A DNA stretch of 64,000 bases, from assembly GCA_015680685.1 (NCBI GenBank), contig MNCI01000673.1, forward strand, positions 308,486 to 372,485, read 5' to 3'. Made by a program: the position numbers and the translations under genes. The notes below the pieces were generated by a model. The model searched no databases. It was not told the DNA's origin and was given only the letters and a program-made list of their open reading frames with translations. This document shows positions 10,947 through 24,550 of the stretch, one piece after another (positions within the stretch are counted from its first letter, which is position 1; every line of letters starts with the position of its first letter). The stretch is from Gnetum montanum (taxonomy: Eukaryota; Plantae; Gnetophyta).

Positions 10947-12615
10947 TGTACTATCTGAAATCGTCAGTGCCCGGCTGGAATGAAAATGAAACCAAGTGAT
11001 CTACAGACTAGTACAAAAGACCCTACCTTTGCTTGAGGATGAGCTGGGACTGATGAAGGTAGAGTACCTTGGGTGGTCCGCATGTGGATCAGACAAGGAT
11101 TTCCCCAAATGTATGCCAATGCACAATACGCTGGGTTATACGTAAATAGTGTAATAAATGTAAACCAGAATGCGAACGTGCAGAGATGTAAGTAAGACGT
11201 AAACCAATATGAACGAAAAATTGTAACAAATCTTAGCTAGAAATGCAGGAACGAATGAGAACTGTAACAAATCTTGGCCAAAATACAACAATATTATTGC
11301 GTAATGAAAATTACAATGCACCAATCTAGATGTAGTTGTGAATCTGACACAAGGCGAACGAAGAGCCCCGATGGATGCAGCAGGGTGATGATGTGTTGGT
11401 TTAGGCTACAAGCACAGCATGAAGACTGTGTGCTCAGCATGCAGGGTAGAAGTCCAGTGTGCAAGGTGGGTGTTTTTGATGCTCTAAGTGTGGATTGCCT
11501 AGATTTTTGCCCAAATTTTTCAATTTTCAAACCCCGATCTAGTCAAAAATCTCAGTTTTTGTATGGGTTTGGGTGCCAAATTTGGATCTGAGATGGGATG
11601 ATTGGCTGTGGGATGCTGGAATGTCGGATCGGGTGACACATGGAGCATCGACCGGGTGCAAAAGAATGAAGCTTTACAAGCGTGCAGCATGCTAGCCTGT
11701 ACACGCTGGGCATATACGCTGGGCATGCAGGCTAGTGTGTGGGCATGAAAACTACAATTTTGGAGCTTAATCTTGTACAATGAAGTTGGATCCTTTTTGC
11801 TTAAGTATTTCTGGTCCTTTGTGGTGTCCAGGGACTCATTTTGGCTTCACTTTGAAAGAGTTTTGGGCACATTTTTGGTGTGCACGCTGTGGTGTATGCT
11901 GGGAAAGCAAGCCAATGTGCAGGCATGAAACTACCACTTTCCAAGGTCAAAACTTGATTTTTGGGAGCCAAGGATGATGCCTAATGGTTTCTCTACCTCT
12001 AGGAACTAATTGCCTATGAAAATCATGATCTGAGTGTCTGTTTTGGTCGATCTATGATTGTACATGCTGGGCGTGTAGGCATGAAAACCCATTATTTGGA
12101 GGCCAAAACTTGATTTTCAAGAGTCTCAGAGCTACTGGGGACCTTGGGGAAGGTCCCAGGGAGTCTAGACCTTCATTTCTGGCTTTTTTTGGTGAGTTTT
12201 TGGGGCCCAAAAGTTTCTGTACGTTGGGCTGTACGCTGAGCTACATGCTGGGCATGCAGGCTTGTGTGCAAGAAGTATACTTAGTTAGAACTAAGCGTTT
12301 TGAGCTTGGGACTATCAGTTTCTTATTTCCAAATGTTGATGTAGTCTCTAATGGATCTCAAGGAATTTTTACTTGCTTGATTCGACTCCGTTTGATGCTG
12401 TTTGTGAAGTTCGCAAGTTTCGGTCATGCTGGGAAGCATCATGACTTAGCTTGATTCTTGTCCAAAAGTGTTAGGTCCAAATTTTTGTGGTGTTTTAGAT
12501 AGGGGTCACTTTAGAAATGTTTCTCAATTCTTCATGCTAGATCACATGATGATGTCAAATATCCATAATGACCTTCTTCATGACATCATGATTACATTGC
12601 AACACACTAGTAACA
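10947..12615 (-). repeat. 5' LTR of Tat-1 (~1.67 kb)
   Basis: TGTACTA...TAGTAACA termini and an adjacent PBS. CACGCTG/CATGCTG motifs lie in the putative U3. CpG content drops sharply after 12615. The partner LTR is outside the window. Confidence 0.7.
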
Positions 12616-15600
12616 TATCCACGAGGTTTATATCATGATGCTGAGCAACTTTACCTTCAAGGAGTTAACATAGGGATCAAAATTGTGAAAAATAATCCAA
12701 AAACCCTAGTTTTATGATTGAATTATCTATAGAATTTAGAAAGAAGAAAAAACATGATTAAAAGTGGAAAAACTAAGTTGTAAAATATTTATTGGGAATT
12801 TCCAACTCAGAGTAGCACATGCTTGAGCATAGAAAGCCATTACTTTGTTAGTCCTTATAGTTATATTTAGGTGATAAGCCATAGTTTTAAAGTATATCCT
12901 TTCTATCTTGGTGAGAGAAACTTGCTCTTTGTGAACTACCATATAGAATCATTGAAACCACTCCTTTTTAGCTTCTAGGCCTCATTGTGTTGATATTTCA
13001 TCCAACTTCATGCTTGTGTCTAGTAAACCAAGTGCTTTTGTAATGGCATCAACTAAGTAGGAGATGGTTATATCTTTGATTTTTCTAATGCATCTCCTTG
13101 TTAGTTGTTCTAGAATAGATAAGTCTCCCAAATGAATCATTCTACACTACTAGAGAGAATGGACCATAAGGGAGACCTCTGTATTTATCTATGGATCTTC
13201 TCTAGTGCCAATTGTAAGAAGGGTTGAAAGTTTAACTCTTAAAGGATATAACTTTGGACCTTCTTGGTCCTGATTTTCTCTAGATAGGCCTATGTGAGAG
13301 TGAGTTCTAGGCTAGGCTTTGTTATATAATCCTCATCTTATCTAGGTTGATCTATCTTTGTAGTGAGAATTTGTCTAACACATTCCACTTCAAGCTCATC
13401 CTAAAGAGATCATGTGGCATTATTGCCTCAACTACTTACTCTTAAGGCTACTATGGTTGTTTCTACTATTGGCCACTTCCTCCTCTATGTTATTTTACCT
13501 TGGGTTGTGAGGGCCCTCTTGCTTGTGACATTTAGATACCATCAATGATCATATCATAACCCATGATTAGGCTTGAAGCTAATAATAGTTATTCTTTAAA
13601 TAACTTTCTTAGTTAGGTCTAGTTATGTTAACTTATTGGGTGTTAAAGATGAATCATTTATGCACTTGTTTTTTAGGATGATAGGTTGGATGCATTAATT
13701 TAATAATATTTTATTCTTAGCTATTGAAGTTTGTGTGGTAGTCTTAACTATTCATGGTGATCAATTTAATATTATTTTAATTGGTTGATCATGAGGAGTT
13801 ACAAAAATTTGAAAACATTTTCTATCAAAAAGCAAAGGTTTTTGTTCCCCATGATGTAGAGCTTACCTTTGGTAGCACAAGAATGAAAAAACAAGTGAAA
13901 ATGGATGAGTAGTTTGAGAGTTAGGGAAATTGGAAGGTTCTTGGGCTCTGAAAAATGGCAAATAATCCTCTTCCTCTTTTAGATAAAAGATGTAAAATGA
14001 GCTAAGTGTTGCATGTATATATAGACTTTTTATCTTGTGTGGATACAACTATACTTATCTATTTTTCATTGTATGAAATAGAGACATTTCACATGAGTTT
14101 TGGGATGAAACAAGAGCCCAATGGAAGCTAGAAATATGGAGAATAATAGGAAAAACATAAAAGACCATAATTTTGGCTTGAGAATAGTGATTAGAGTGGA
14201 TTTTGAATGAAATTATGATGCCAAATAAAGTAAAACTAGATATTTTTGATACTATCCAAATGAAGGATCGAACCAATGATCCATGGCTACAAATTTATTT
14301 TTAGGAAAAAAGGAAGTAAGTTGGTCCTCCTCAAAGCAGGTAGATACCTCATATGTCCCTGTGTACATTCATCATAGAGAGTCCATGGGTCCTAAGGATA
14401 ATGAGTGGTTAGTGTTAAGTTAAATCCCACATCTAGAAATAATTTTTTGAGGATTATATGATCTAGTAAGAAAAATAAAAATTTATCTTATGAGATGGGG
14501 TAGTGAGGTGGTAAACCATGAATGAATAAATGGTAGAGAGAGAATGTGGAAGAGGTCATTGACATCCAAATCACACAAGAGTCTTGGTAAAATTCATGAT
14601 TAAGATGATCCTATGCAAATTTTTCCCAAGTCAAGACTATGTCCATTCCATGTTTAGTGACCTTAAATTGACATATATCCTTTAGAAAATGATCCAAAGT
14701 CTAGGACAAATTCAAAGGATAATCATCACTCCAAGAGAAGAAGAAAATAGAAGAAGAAAGTGGATAGGCCCTTAGAGGAATGTCTTAAGGCATGGGTAAC
14801 ATGTTTTTCTAGCCCCGTAACCAATGCTTGTAGCCCATCATTTAGTCTAAGGGGTGTGATTTGAATTTCGATGCTTGTTTTTTTTCTCTATGGAAGCTAT
14901 AGCATTGGAGGATGTGCTTCCTTTTATAATTGATAGTAGAAGTGATATAAAAAAAATGAAGTATGATAGAATCTTAAGAATGATGTTGAGAGAAATCATG
15001 GAAAACTCTCTTGAGGTCACACCCAGTTCAATTCCCACTTGGTCCTTTCTCAACTCATCGAGTATCTAGATCGGTGATTAATTGTTAAGTTTTATTATAA
15101 AAGAACCTTATGCTTCTAAGATATGAATTTTCCATGGAATAGATGGAATGCGTGGATGTTGTGATCTCACTGCCTAATATTACAAAAAAATTAAGTAAGT
15201 GTAAGTAGATTACATAATCCAAAAAACAAGAATGATTATTTATTTAATCAATCATAAGGTTGATAGGATGTTCTTGTAACTTCAAGAGTTATATTAGTAG
15301 TCATCAAAATCAAATATTTCCAATAAACTAAAAGATGATAATTATAAATAAGAAAAAAAAATAATGAAATATATAGAAAATAAATGAAATATATATAAAA
15401 TGAATAAGAAAATATACAACAAAGTGGAAAACATATAAAGGACGTTGTAAAGAAAAAAAGTGAAAAATTGGGAACCTCATCACATTGTTATGTCTGGATG
15501 ACCATCTTCCCCATGACTAGGTTGAGAGGAGGAGGTCCAAAAAATAGAGTATGCTTATTCATAGTCTAAGGTATTAGTATCACTAGTTATTTGAGGTTCT

Positions 15601-18600
15601 TAGAATGGCTTAACTTGTTGGATGTTGACCAAAAAATGTTTTTCTGGATGCAATGAGTGGTAAAAGGTCATGACATGAGAGGGAAAAGTTACATGAATGA
15701 GGTAAGGTCCTTCCCATAGTAATTTGAAATTTAGTGTATTGTAGGATATGCATGGGATTTTAGTAAAGGATCTCATCACTTGGTTGAGAGTTACCTCTTC
15801 TTATCCATGCATCATGACATTATTTGGAATGTTCCTTGTGCACTTTGTTCATCATCAGGGCTATCTTTTTATTTTTATCTAGCAAATTTAGTGTTATTAA
15901 TTATTCGTTTTATGCTAGATTAATGTTGGGATCAAGCTTAGAGAATATTATAAGTGTACATAGTTCAGCTTAGATTGGAAGTTTGGGTAACTTTCTATAC
16001 ACCAACTCATAGGGGGAGTAATCTATAAGAAGTTTCCAAGTTTATTTGTATGCCCAAAGAACATCATTAAGTTTTGTACTCCATTCCTTCCTATATTGAC
16101 CAATGATTCATATTAGGATTCTAGTTATCTCCTTGTTAGTAATCTTAGCTTGTTTGTTAGCTTGGATATAATAAGAGGTTATAAGTTTATGTTGCAGTCC
16201 CAAGTGTTGCATGAATTTCTAAAAAGTAGGCCCTATACATTACTTGAAATAAGTGTCCTTGGCATAAAAAAAATATTTACCACACTTCATTGAAAAAATT
16301 TTATGATAGTAGAAGATAAATAATTGGTAACAATGGTAGTTTCAGCTCATTTTGTATACTAGTCAACAACAATGATGATGTTAGCCTTCCCATTTGTCAT
16401 GGGAGTGATGGGTTCAATGAAGTGATTGTCCCAAAGGTAAAAGGCTATAGTGGTTGGATCCACTATTGGGACTCTTCTATTTTTAGATTCATTCCCCTAC
16501 ATCTTTATCAAAAATTTCATGAATGGAAAAAGTGGTAAGCATCTCTAAAAATGATTGGCTTGAAGTATCCCATGATAAGGATCTTCATGAATATGCTCCT
16601 ACTTGCATAATGGCCTCTTCAAGGACCTTCATGGATGTCTTAGATGTTTTCTAGTTGATTAGAATTAGAGACATACCATTACACCAAGCCATAAATTCAA
16701 ACCTTGCAATGGTTTCCTTAAATTTCTATGTAGTACTTGTCTTGGTGAAGAAACAATTATTTCTTCTTATTATTCCATTCTACTAGGGTCTCTTTAGTAA
16801 GGAGATATGAAAGGAAATCATCATATCAATTGGTACTCTTGGGCATTTGAATATCAATGGATTTGAAAAAGATAATTTCATCTAGGAATTGATCAAATAA
16901 AGGCTCCTCATCTTCTTTTCTATCCCATTGTAACTGAGATAAGTGTTTTATAATCATATTCTTAGTTTCATTACTATCCATCTGCCTAAGATCAAAATCA
17001 TGTAAAATCATCAGTAATTGTATGACATGGGGGCTTATCACTATCTTGTTCATTAAGAAATAAATAGCATTGTGATCTATTTGCAAAAATATTTGATATC
17101 AAAGAACATAGTGTCTAAATTTTTCTAGAGCATACACCACTACCATGAGCTCTTTTTGACTGGTGGTATAATTCAATCATGTACCCAAAATTCTTTGGCT
17201 TATACAATGAATATAATATGGATTTTGTGATTATCTAATTATGTAACCACTATTCTCAATCCATAGTTGAATGCATCTATCATTATATGAAATGATTAGG
17301 ACCAGTTTGAAGCATATAGAATCAAAGTTTCTATGAGTTTTGGCTTTAGCTACTAGAATGTTTGTTCACATTTCTTGTTCTAGTCTAAAGGTACATCCTT
17401 CTTTGTGAGCTTTCCTAGTGGTTTGGAAATTTTTAAATAGTTTTCAATGAAGTGCTTATAGTAACCAATATATTCAAGGAATAACCACACATTTTTTATA
17501 GTTTGTGGTTATATGGTGATTCCATGGATAACCCATACTTTCTCTAGATTCACCTCTATCCCTTTTTCTAAGATCTGATTCCCTAAGACTATGCTCTCTT
17601 GAATTTTATCCTTAACAACTTTCAAAATTTTGGATTCAACTATATCTATGGTTGCCTTTTTTCCTTGATCGAAGGATTTTTATAGATTCAATGTAGGCAT
17701 ATCCTTGGATCTATCTCTATCAACTCATGATATGATCATGCAAATGTTGTTGGCCATTTTTTTACTATTTTTAGTAGCTTGGTTTTTTATTCTTTGGTAA
17801 GATTAGCATTCATTATTACCAGTTTACCATTTTTAAGAAAGGGATATTCTAAGGCTTCTGATATAGCCTTAAGTTCAAGGGGCTTTTACTTGAAATCATC
17901 TATGATTTTTAACTCTCCCTACTCACTTTCTTCATTTTTTGGAAGAGTTAGTGTTGGATTTGCTCTAGTCCATCCTAATGGACTAAATGTAGATACTTGT
18001 AAGGAGTTACATTTGTTCCATGCATATTTTGATTTAGCACTATTATTTGTGGTCAGTCACTAAATACCTTCTTGTTCTGTGGCTACTACATATAGGCATT
18101 TCTAAACATTTGACATTTCAACACACTTATTGCATGCTTAAATAGATGTAAATTTTATGGCTCATTGTCACTACATGTAATGAAACCCTATGTCACTATA
18201 TAAGATGCATGAAACTTACTTATTCTTGAGCTTTTTAAACTTATTTTTCTTGGATTTTTTCAAGGAAAGATCTCAAATCCTCATCTTGGCATCAATAGTG
18301 CTAAGCTAACCCCTTCTTATGATGATGGGAAAATACCCTTTAGAATTATCCTCATGGATCACTAGAAAATTTTCTAGGTATGACCAACCATAGATAGTGG
18401 TTACAATGTCTTCTATTAATTCCATGGGGATAGTGAAAAAAATGATCTATACTCCAATCTAACGTTAAATTTCTTGATTAGAGGTAGCTTTCAAGTCTTC
18501 TATATTTCTTAAGAAATTAAATTCACTCTAGAACTTGAGTATAGCAAAGATTTTCATGGGTCATTTACTATGATCTATAAATAGATTAAGGGACTTCTAG

Positions 18601-19800
18601 GATCATAACATTTCCTAGAAAGGTGGCCTTCCTTGATCCAATCCATAACCACATGGGTCAACATAACAGTGTAGAAATTAGAGGACTTTTGGTTTGAAGG
18701 AGGCTTGAGAATAATTTTAGAAGTAGTGTATATAGGGATTATAGCCATATGTATCTACAAGAGTTTTTGTGGATTGTATGACCTAAAAAAAGTCCTCTTT
18801 CAACACTTATGTTCAAATCCACTCAAATAATCATCTATCTATAAGTTAACTACCCTCATGGAATTTAATTTCTATGGTTGTGGAAAAATTTCTTCATGCA
18901 TATGTAGAGCAAGTAACAAGGGTGTGGTGTTAGATGGTGCAGAGAGTGTTGGTGGATATAGAAAAGGATGAGTGGAAGGAGACTTATTTCTTAGAGTTGA
19001 AATTCTGTAATATTTAGGAGGATAGTAATGATTTGAGAAAGGAGTGTGGCTAGCAGAACCATAATGAGATATAGGTTGTTAGACATAATACCTATAAGGA
19101 TCTAGCTATCGATAAGGATATTGCTATCAAGGTGGTGACATCCCCCATGACCATAGATTTTGCCATTTCTGATATTACTTATGGAATCAAGGAGGCATTC
19201 TACTTGGATAATAAAATGTTTGCTGGAAATACTACATGTAATTGCCTTTGGGGTAAGGCAATCTCCCAGGTGGTTTTCTATTTGCAAATTTTAAATTTAA
19301 GGCACATATCCTAGATCCTTATATATGCAATGTCATAGGTCAACATCATTTAAAATGTTCATATTGATAGATATCACATTTTTCATCATCCATTTCTAAA
19401 TTTACAACTTCATTGACTACCATAGCCTTACCTTTCTATTGATGATAACCCCATTCTATATCTTTCCTTCTCCTTATATCTTAGTTACTACATTCCTACT
19501 CTACCTTATCCTCCATAATTTTAAGAGTAATTTGAAACTTCTCATGTAAGGAGTAGCACATTTCATCTACCTTATTCGATATTCTAGTGACAAGTTTTTG
19601 TATTGGAACGATCTTCCTCTACACCACTTCATCTAGTGATGCTTCCTCCTCTAAATCATAGAAATGTACCTCCCTTTTGTGAATGGAGGGGTTCCTATTA
19701 TAATCTTTTATACTTTTATATTTTTAAGCTCCTCTTCATTTTTTGCAACCTATTTTGATAGCCTTTAGATTTGATTAGATACCATTTTTTATTTTTTATA
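12616..19800 (-). mobile_element. Decayed Athila-type gypsy element (gag, PR, RT core deleted, RH, INT, 3' extra ORF remnant)
   Basis: Protease remnant ~18270-18560 (LIEDIV..FLVI..FPIII), LELKAISEALEYPFL linker ~17850, IVLGNQILEKGIEV ~17560, RNase H IDHNAIYFLM...HDFDL...KHLSQL (16826-17086), integrase end LVNIQQVKPF ~15600, and a stop-interrupted ORF at ~12700-13150. Confidence 0.8.
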
Positions 19801-19959
19801 ATAATAATATAATAGAAAATGATGTCAGTCAAGCCAAAGTATAATATCTTTAGGTATAAAATTATAATTATCATAGTAGTAGTGGTCTAGGACTTTATTT
19901 TCATTTAGAAAATATTACAATATCTAATGCTTAGGAGATATCATCTTCTTCAAATCATA

Positions 19960-20190
19960 GTTAGTTTTCATTAGCTAAACACATAATCGAAGGAATATTT
20001 TTCAAATTTTAAAAAATATCCATGTTTGTTTAGATTGATAGATGAACCACATGTTATTGTAGATCCTAACATAGTTGTTAATCATTTCACCATTGCTCAA
20101 CACCATGACCTCAACACATATTGGTAAGCTACATTTTTCTAATTCTACATTGTGATGTAACTTCACCAAATCTATGGTGTAAGATACATT
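19960..20190. repeat. Unclassified dispersed repeat fragment homologous to ~50780-51000
   Basis: Shares agattgatagatgaacca...tcaacaccat...aagcta.att.tt.taattct...cttcaccaa with the second site. Confidence 0.7.
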
Positions 20191-20199
20191 TTTATAATT

Positions 20200-21074
20200 C
20201 TACAATGTGGTTTCTAGGATCCCATAACTATTACAACTTGAGCTCCACTTCAGAGTGTTGTGATGCTACACCAACATTCAATCCCACAGCATCTCGAGAA
20301 GCTCAAGCAAGATGCCTTCCCATGAAAAGCACATCAATCCTACAGGTAAAAAAAGAGAATAATAATTATAAAGAATGAATGAAATTGAGTTTTTTGATCC
20401 TTGTACTTTAAGGTACAACTCACTTTGACCAATTACCATAGACAAAAGATAGTACAAAGAGGAGTAATAATAAGAGAATGATGATAATAATGATTGCTTG
20501 ATAATGAAACTTGATAGTATACAATGCTTTCACATTTCCTAATGGAATGAAGTCTTCTTATAGTCAATGTGTTTCCAAAATCAAGTCAGAATTCATGCAA
20601 TGACTATCTAATGGTCATTGGAGACATTTTCTTTAAGGCTAAGATGTCTTTTTGCATCAAATCTTCATTCAGGAGAGACATATTCTCTATTGGAAAGAGT
20701 TCTTTGTAGAGATGTCTTAATGAAGATGTCTTTTATACTAGAAAGACATCTAATATTTTTCAAAGATGTCTAATTCTAAGCAACTTTCCATTTGGACAAG
20801 ACATCTTTGACATCAGGGAGACATCTTTACTAATTTTTCTTCACTTCAACCAAGATGTCTGCTATTTCTTGAAGACATCTTTCTTGAGTTTCTTCTACAC
20901 TTTGAAATCTTTGTTGCTTTTCTATGCTTTTTGAATTTCCACTTGCTTTCTTATAGATTTCCTTAAGCTCTCATTTTATCCAAATCCATATTCTTACATT
21001 TCAAACACAACAACCACACAAACAAGCTTGTTCTCCATTTTTTTTTAACATTTTGACATACCTAAAGGTCAACA
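20200..21074 (-). repeat. 3' LTR of the Sirevirus-like element (truncated)
   Basis: Starts TGTTG immediately after PPT AAAAAGGGAAAGAT on the minus strand. Homologous to 24855-25351. Confidence 0.8.
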
Positions 21075-21474
21075 ATCTTTCCCTTTTTGGTGATGTTCAA
21101 AACTTAAGAAAATGGGTGAGATAAAAATCAATAAAAATATTAAGACATACAAATTTGTATGACAACCAAGGATTAGGATAAAGCATTGAGGTTCAAGGTA
21201 GTATGTGAAAATGATGTAAAAGTAAAGATCAAAAGTACACCACACAAAGATAACAATGAAAACACCATTACTTTATAACTCATCTACAACTATTCATACA
21301 ACCAACTATCCACATAAATCCACAACTATTCAAAACAACCATCTATAAAAATGGTAGCATCACATCAATCACCTATGTACAAAGTCTAAATATCACACAT
21401 GTGAGAATTACAAACTTCTTCCCCCTTTTTGAACATTAAAAAAAGAACAGAGAAAAATATCACCTGAGGTCCCT

Positions 21475-23050
21475 AATCACTAACCTTGGCTGTATCCTCA
21501 AAATTATATTCCTCCATGGCTTGGGATGGATGATAAGTCTCCTCATCATCATCATCACTGCTAGTGCTATGATGGCTCGATCACTACTCATCCTCATCAG
21601 AGGTCTCAACCTACTAGACAGGAGCTCACTAGGGACATAGCTTCACTCAAAATTGAGGTGAAGTTGGAGGATCTAGTTGAATTTTAGGCTACTAAGATGG
21701 TATCCATTAGGATGTGGTCCTAAAGATACTCTCCATAGCATACTTTTCAAATGAGTTGAGAGCATGAGTTGAATGTATTGGACATGCAGGATCATAATGC
21801 TTAGGTTGCTACATGGGATCCTGATGCTCCTCCTGGACAAGAGTTGGTGCTACCTCAGGCTCTAAATTAGACTCTTTCCTTGAGTCATGAGCATATCAAG
21901 GGCTGGCTATTTCTGAATGCCTTGGTGGAATAGGAACATCCTCCTCATTGTTTGAAAGAGGAGGGGTAGTAACCTCCACAAACTCTTATACATTGAAAGA
22001 AGGAGAAATACCAGTTGCATCCAAATTATTAGGAATGCAAGAGAGGCTTCTGCCAAGCTTTTTGATGGCTTTTGCAAAATGTCTAAGAAGATTATTTAGT
22101 AAAGAATTAATTTGGGCACTAGTGGATTTTTATTTTCTTAGCTAGGGATACGTTTTTGATGATGATGCCTCCTCCTTCTTCTTCTACAATTTGGTGCTTA
22201 GTCCTACTTCAGCTACATGAGAAAGACTCATCTTCTCAACATATTCACTAAGGATTCTCTTGCCTTTGAGCAAAGGCATCTTTGGAATAGGCACATCCTT
22301 CTGACATATCAACAAGTTGATGAGGTAGGAGTTCCCAAGGACTCTTTCCTTGGCAAACAAACTCAGCATGTCCTAGTAGAGTGTATGCTCTAGATCTAAT
22401 GGAAATCATATGAAAAGACAATAAAGCAAAAATGCTTCGGGTGGTAGTTGATAATTGTAAATTTTCCCTTTTACCACAATGTTATAAAACAGTATAAGAG
22501 ACAAGGTGGAAGCATCAAGAATCATCATGCTCCTCTCAACATGATCTCAGTTAAAGGATACATCTTTCCCAAAAAACACATAAAAAATTCATCATATCCT
22601 ACAGGCATTATAACAGTTTTATAAATGTCATGCATGGTATGAATGGTTACTTGGAAGACATCTATATAGGAGATCCTAAGGATTTCATTCACAACTTAGA
22701 GACATTGATGATAAGATCCCAAACCATGGAAGTGAATGCCTCAACAACAACATTTGTAACAATAATATTGTAATAGAATTATCTAGTTAACACTTCAAGA
22801 ACTAGAAAATTCATTACAATGAAAGTGCTCTAGTTCAAAGCCTTAAATAATCCATCAAATTAGTTTGTCTATGGGCAAGGAAAGATAGAGAGCACTTAGA
22901 AATAATGCTAGTAGTTTTTGTGACGTCAAACCTATGTTTTCTGCTTGTACTATGAAATTCGGGTGTATAAGAGGGTGACATGTTATTAGAACTTCCTCTT
23001 CATTTCTTCTTTGGTGGCACCTTGGATGTTCCAACTTTCTTATGGGTCAT
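21475..23050 (-). pseudogene. Sirevirus env-like/Transposase_32-type extra ORF, decayed
   Basis: MTHKKVGTSKVPPKKK start, FYYNI..FTSMVWDLIINVS..VNEILRI, FYNIVVKG...AFLLYCLF..PLDLEH...LGNSYLINLLICQKDVP, and an acidic tail (SSDDDDEE). Confidence 0.65.
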
Positions 23051-23615
23051 TTTTGATAGAATCGGTGCTAATGGTCAAGGCCTCATCATTTATGTGGGGT
23101 TAATTTTTAATTTGGGAGAATAAGATAAAAGGATGAGGGATTTAACTTTAATAATGACAAGGAACGAGGGCTTTGAACAAAGAAGAAGATGTCTTTCATA
23201 CATAGTAGACATCTTTTCCACATTTTAAAACCACTAGTAGAGCTCTTTTATACATAGTAGACGTCTTTTCTACACTGTAAGAAAAATTAGATAGATGTCT
23301 TTTTTCATGAGTAGACGTCTTCTTGTAGACATCTTTCATTTGGAGTAGATGTCTTTGTGAAGATGTCTTTAGGTAGACATCTTTTTGAGATAGGCTTAAC
23401 ATGATGGGATTTGGTAAAATCTACCAAGGACTATAGTGTTAATAGATCCTTACACAAAAAAAAAAAAAAAACTTACCTCTATGTACCTACTATTTTGTCA
23501 AAAATTTAAGATAGAGAGCTAGAGAAGGAATTTCCTCTTTTGATGTTTATCTCAACTAAACTTATTTAATGCCCAAGGCTTGGTTTCCACTCATGAATTG
23601 ATTATTGAGAGTTTC

Positions 23616-24470
23616 CTAGTTCCCATGTTCTTGCCTTGTAATTCTCCATTCTTTCCAGATTCCTTTGGTCATTTGAGTTGATGTCCAATCTTGCCTATCA
23701 TCCTGCAAAAATTCCTTTCTCAGTGCACTTTGATAAGACCAAGGAGTCATATGATATGACCAATTATTCACATGATAATACTTAAGATTGCAATCCAAAT
23801 GTTTATGCCCTAATTTATGAAAATAATAGCACCTAATCCTCCTATGATAGTATGAATGATTTAAATGATCAAACCTTTTATGATCATTTTGATGGATAGA
23901 AGCTTCCTCTAATTTTGATGTAGTAGGAGTGTCCTTCAAAAGATCATTTGATTGTGGTGGGCTTGTTGATGATGGTTTCTCTTGTGTAAAAAATCCTAGT
24001 TCACTCTTATCATGTGGACTTCTTCCTTGTCCTAGAACCATCTATTCCTTTTCCCTTACCATCCTTTCATTTACTAATTTGACATCTACAGTTTCTCCTT
24101 TTGCCTATTTAAAATATAAGGTTAGTTTTTCATTCTAAACCCTTAGGTTTGGGGGTTTCTTAGTAAGGTGTGAAAGAGTTAGATTTAATAAGAAGATTTC
24201 CTGATCCTTAGTTTTGACTTCTTTATTTAACTTATTGCAAAGATTTTGAGAAGAAAAAAGCTCATTACAAAATAAATAAAACCTCTCTTCATCATTAAGA
24301 TCATAATTTGATAAATTAGTATCATCATTAGTGAGTGCCATGTAGATGAAATGAGAATTTTTTTGCATCATCCTACACTTCTTCCTCAAGGATGGAATCC
24401 CAAACTTCGACCTCCATAGATTTGAAAAATCCTTGCATCCTAGCTTTCCAATAGGAAATGTTGAATCCAT
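23616..24470 (-). pseudogene. gag: Copia (Sirevirus-type) gag C-terminal remnant
   Basis: Coiled-coil segment, DKSELGF (DKxGLG-like) motif, degenerate zinc knuckle CYYFHKLGHKHLDC, and GIWKEW. Confidence 0.75.
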
Positions 24471-24536
24471 TAAACATGGGTAACTTTATCCACTTCATTG
24501 TTCACTCTTGAAGTTGATGATGAAGAAGAGTACCAA

Positions 24537-24548
24537 GCTCTGATACCA
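24537..24548 (-). promoter_or_regulatory. PBS complementary to initiator tRNA-Met
   Basis: Exact TGGTATCAGAGC on the minus strand, 2 nt from the LTR CA end at 24551. Confidence 0.95.
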
Positions 24549-24550
24549 CT

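Larger units (their letters stand above)
1..12615 (-). mobile_element. Ty3/gypsy Tat-clade LTR retrotransposon (Tat-1): 5' LTR, PBS, gag, protease, antisense gene, RT. Continues beyond the window start.
   Basis: Minus-strand order is LTR (10947-12615), tRNA-Asn PBS, gag, protease, 5.7-kb spacer, RT. The RT motifs AFAWSYTDMPGLD and TPWGTFCY..MPFGLKNAGA are typical of Tat/Ogre/Retand elements. Confidence 0.9.

Noticed and set aside
11136-12454. Short ORFs in the Tat-1 LTR and the many other 60-100 aa ORFs in the track
   Set aside because: No recognisable motifs. They lie in LTRs or antisense to decayed gag/pol and are expected by chance.
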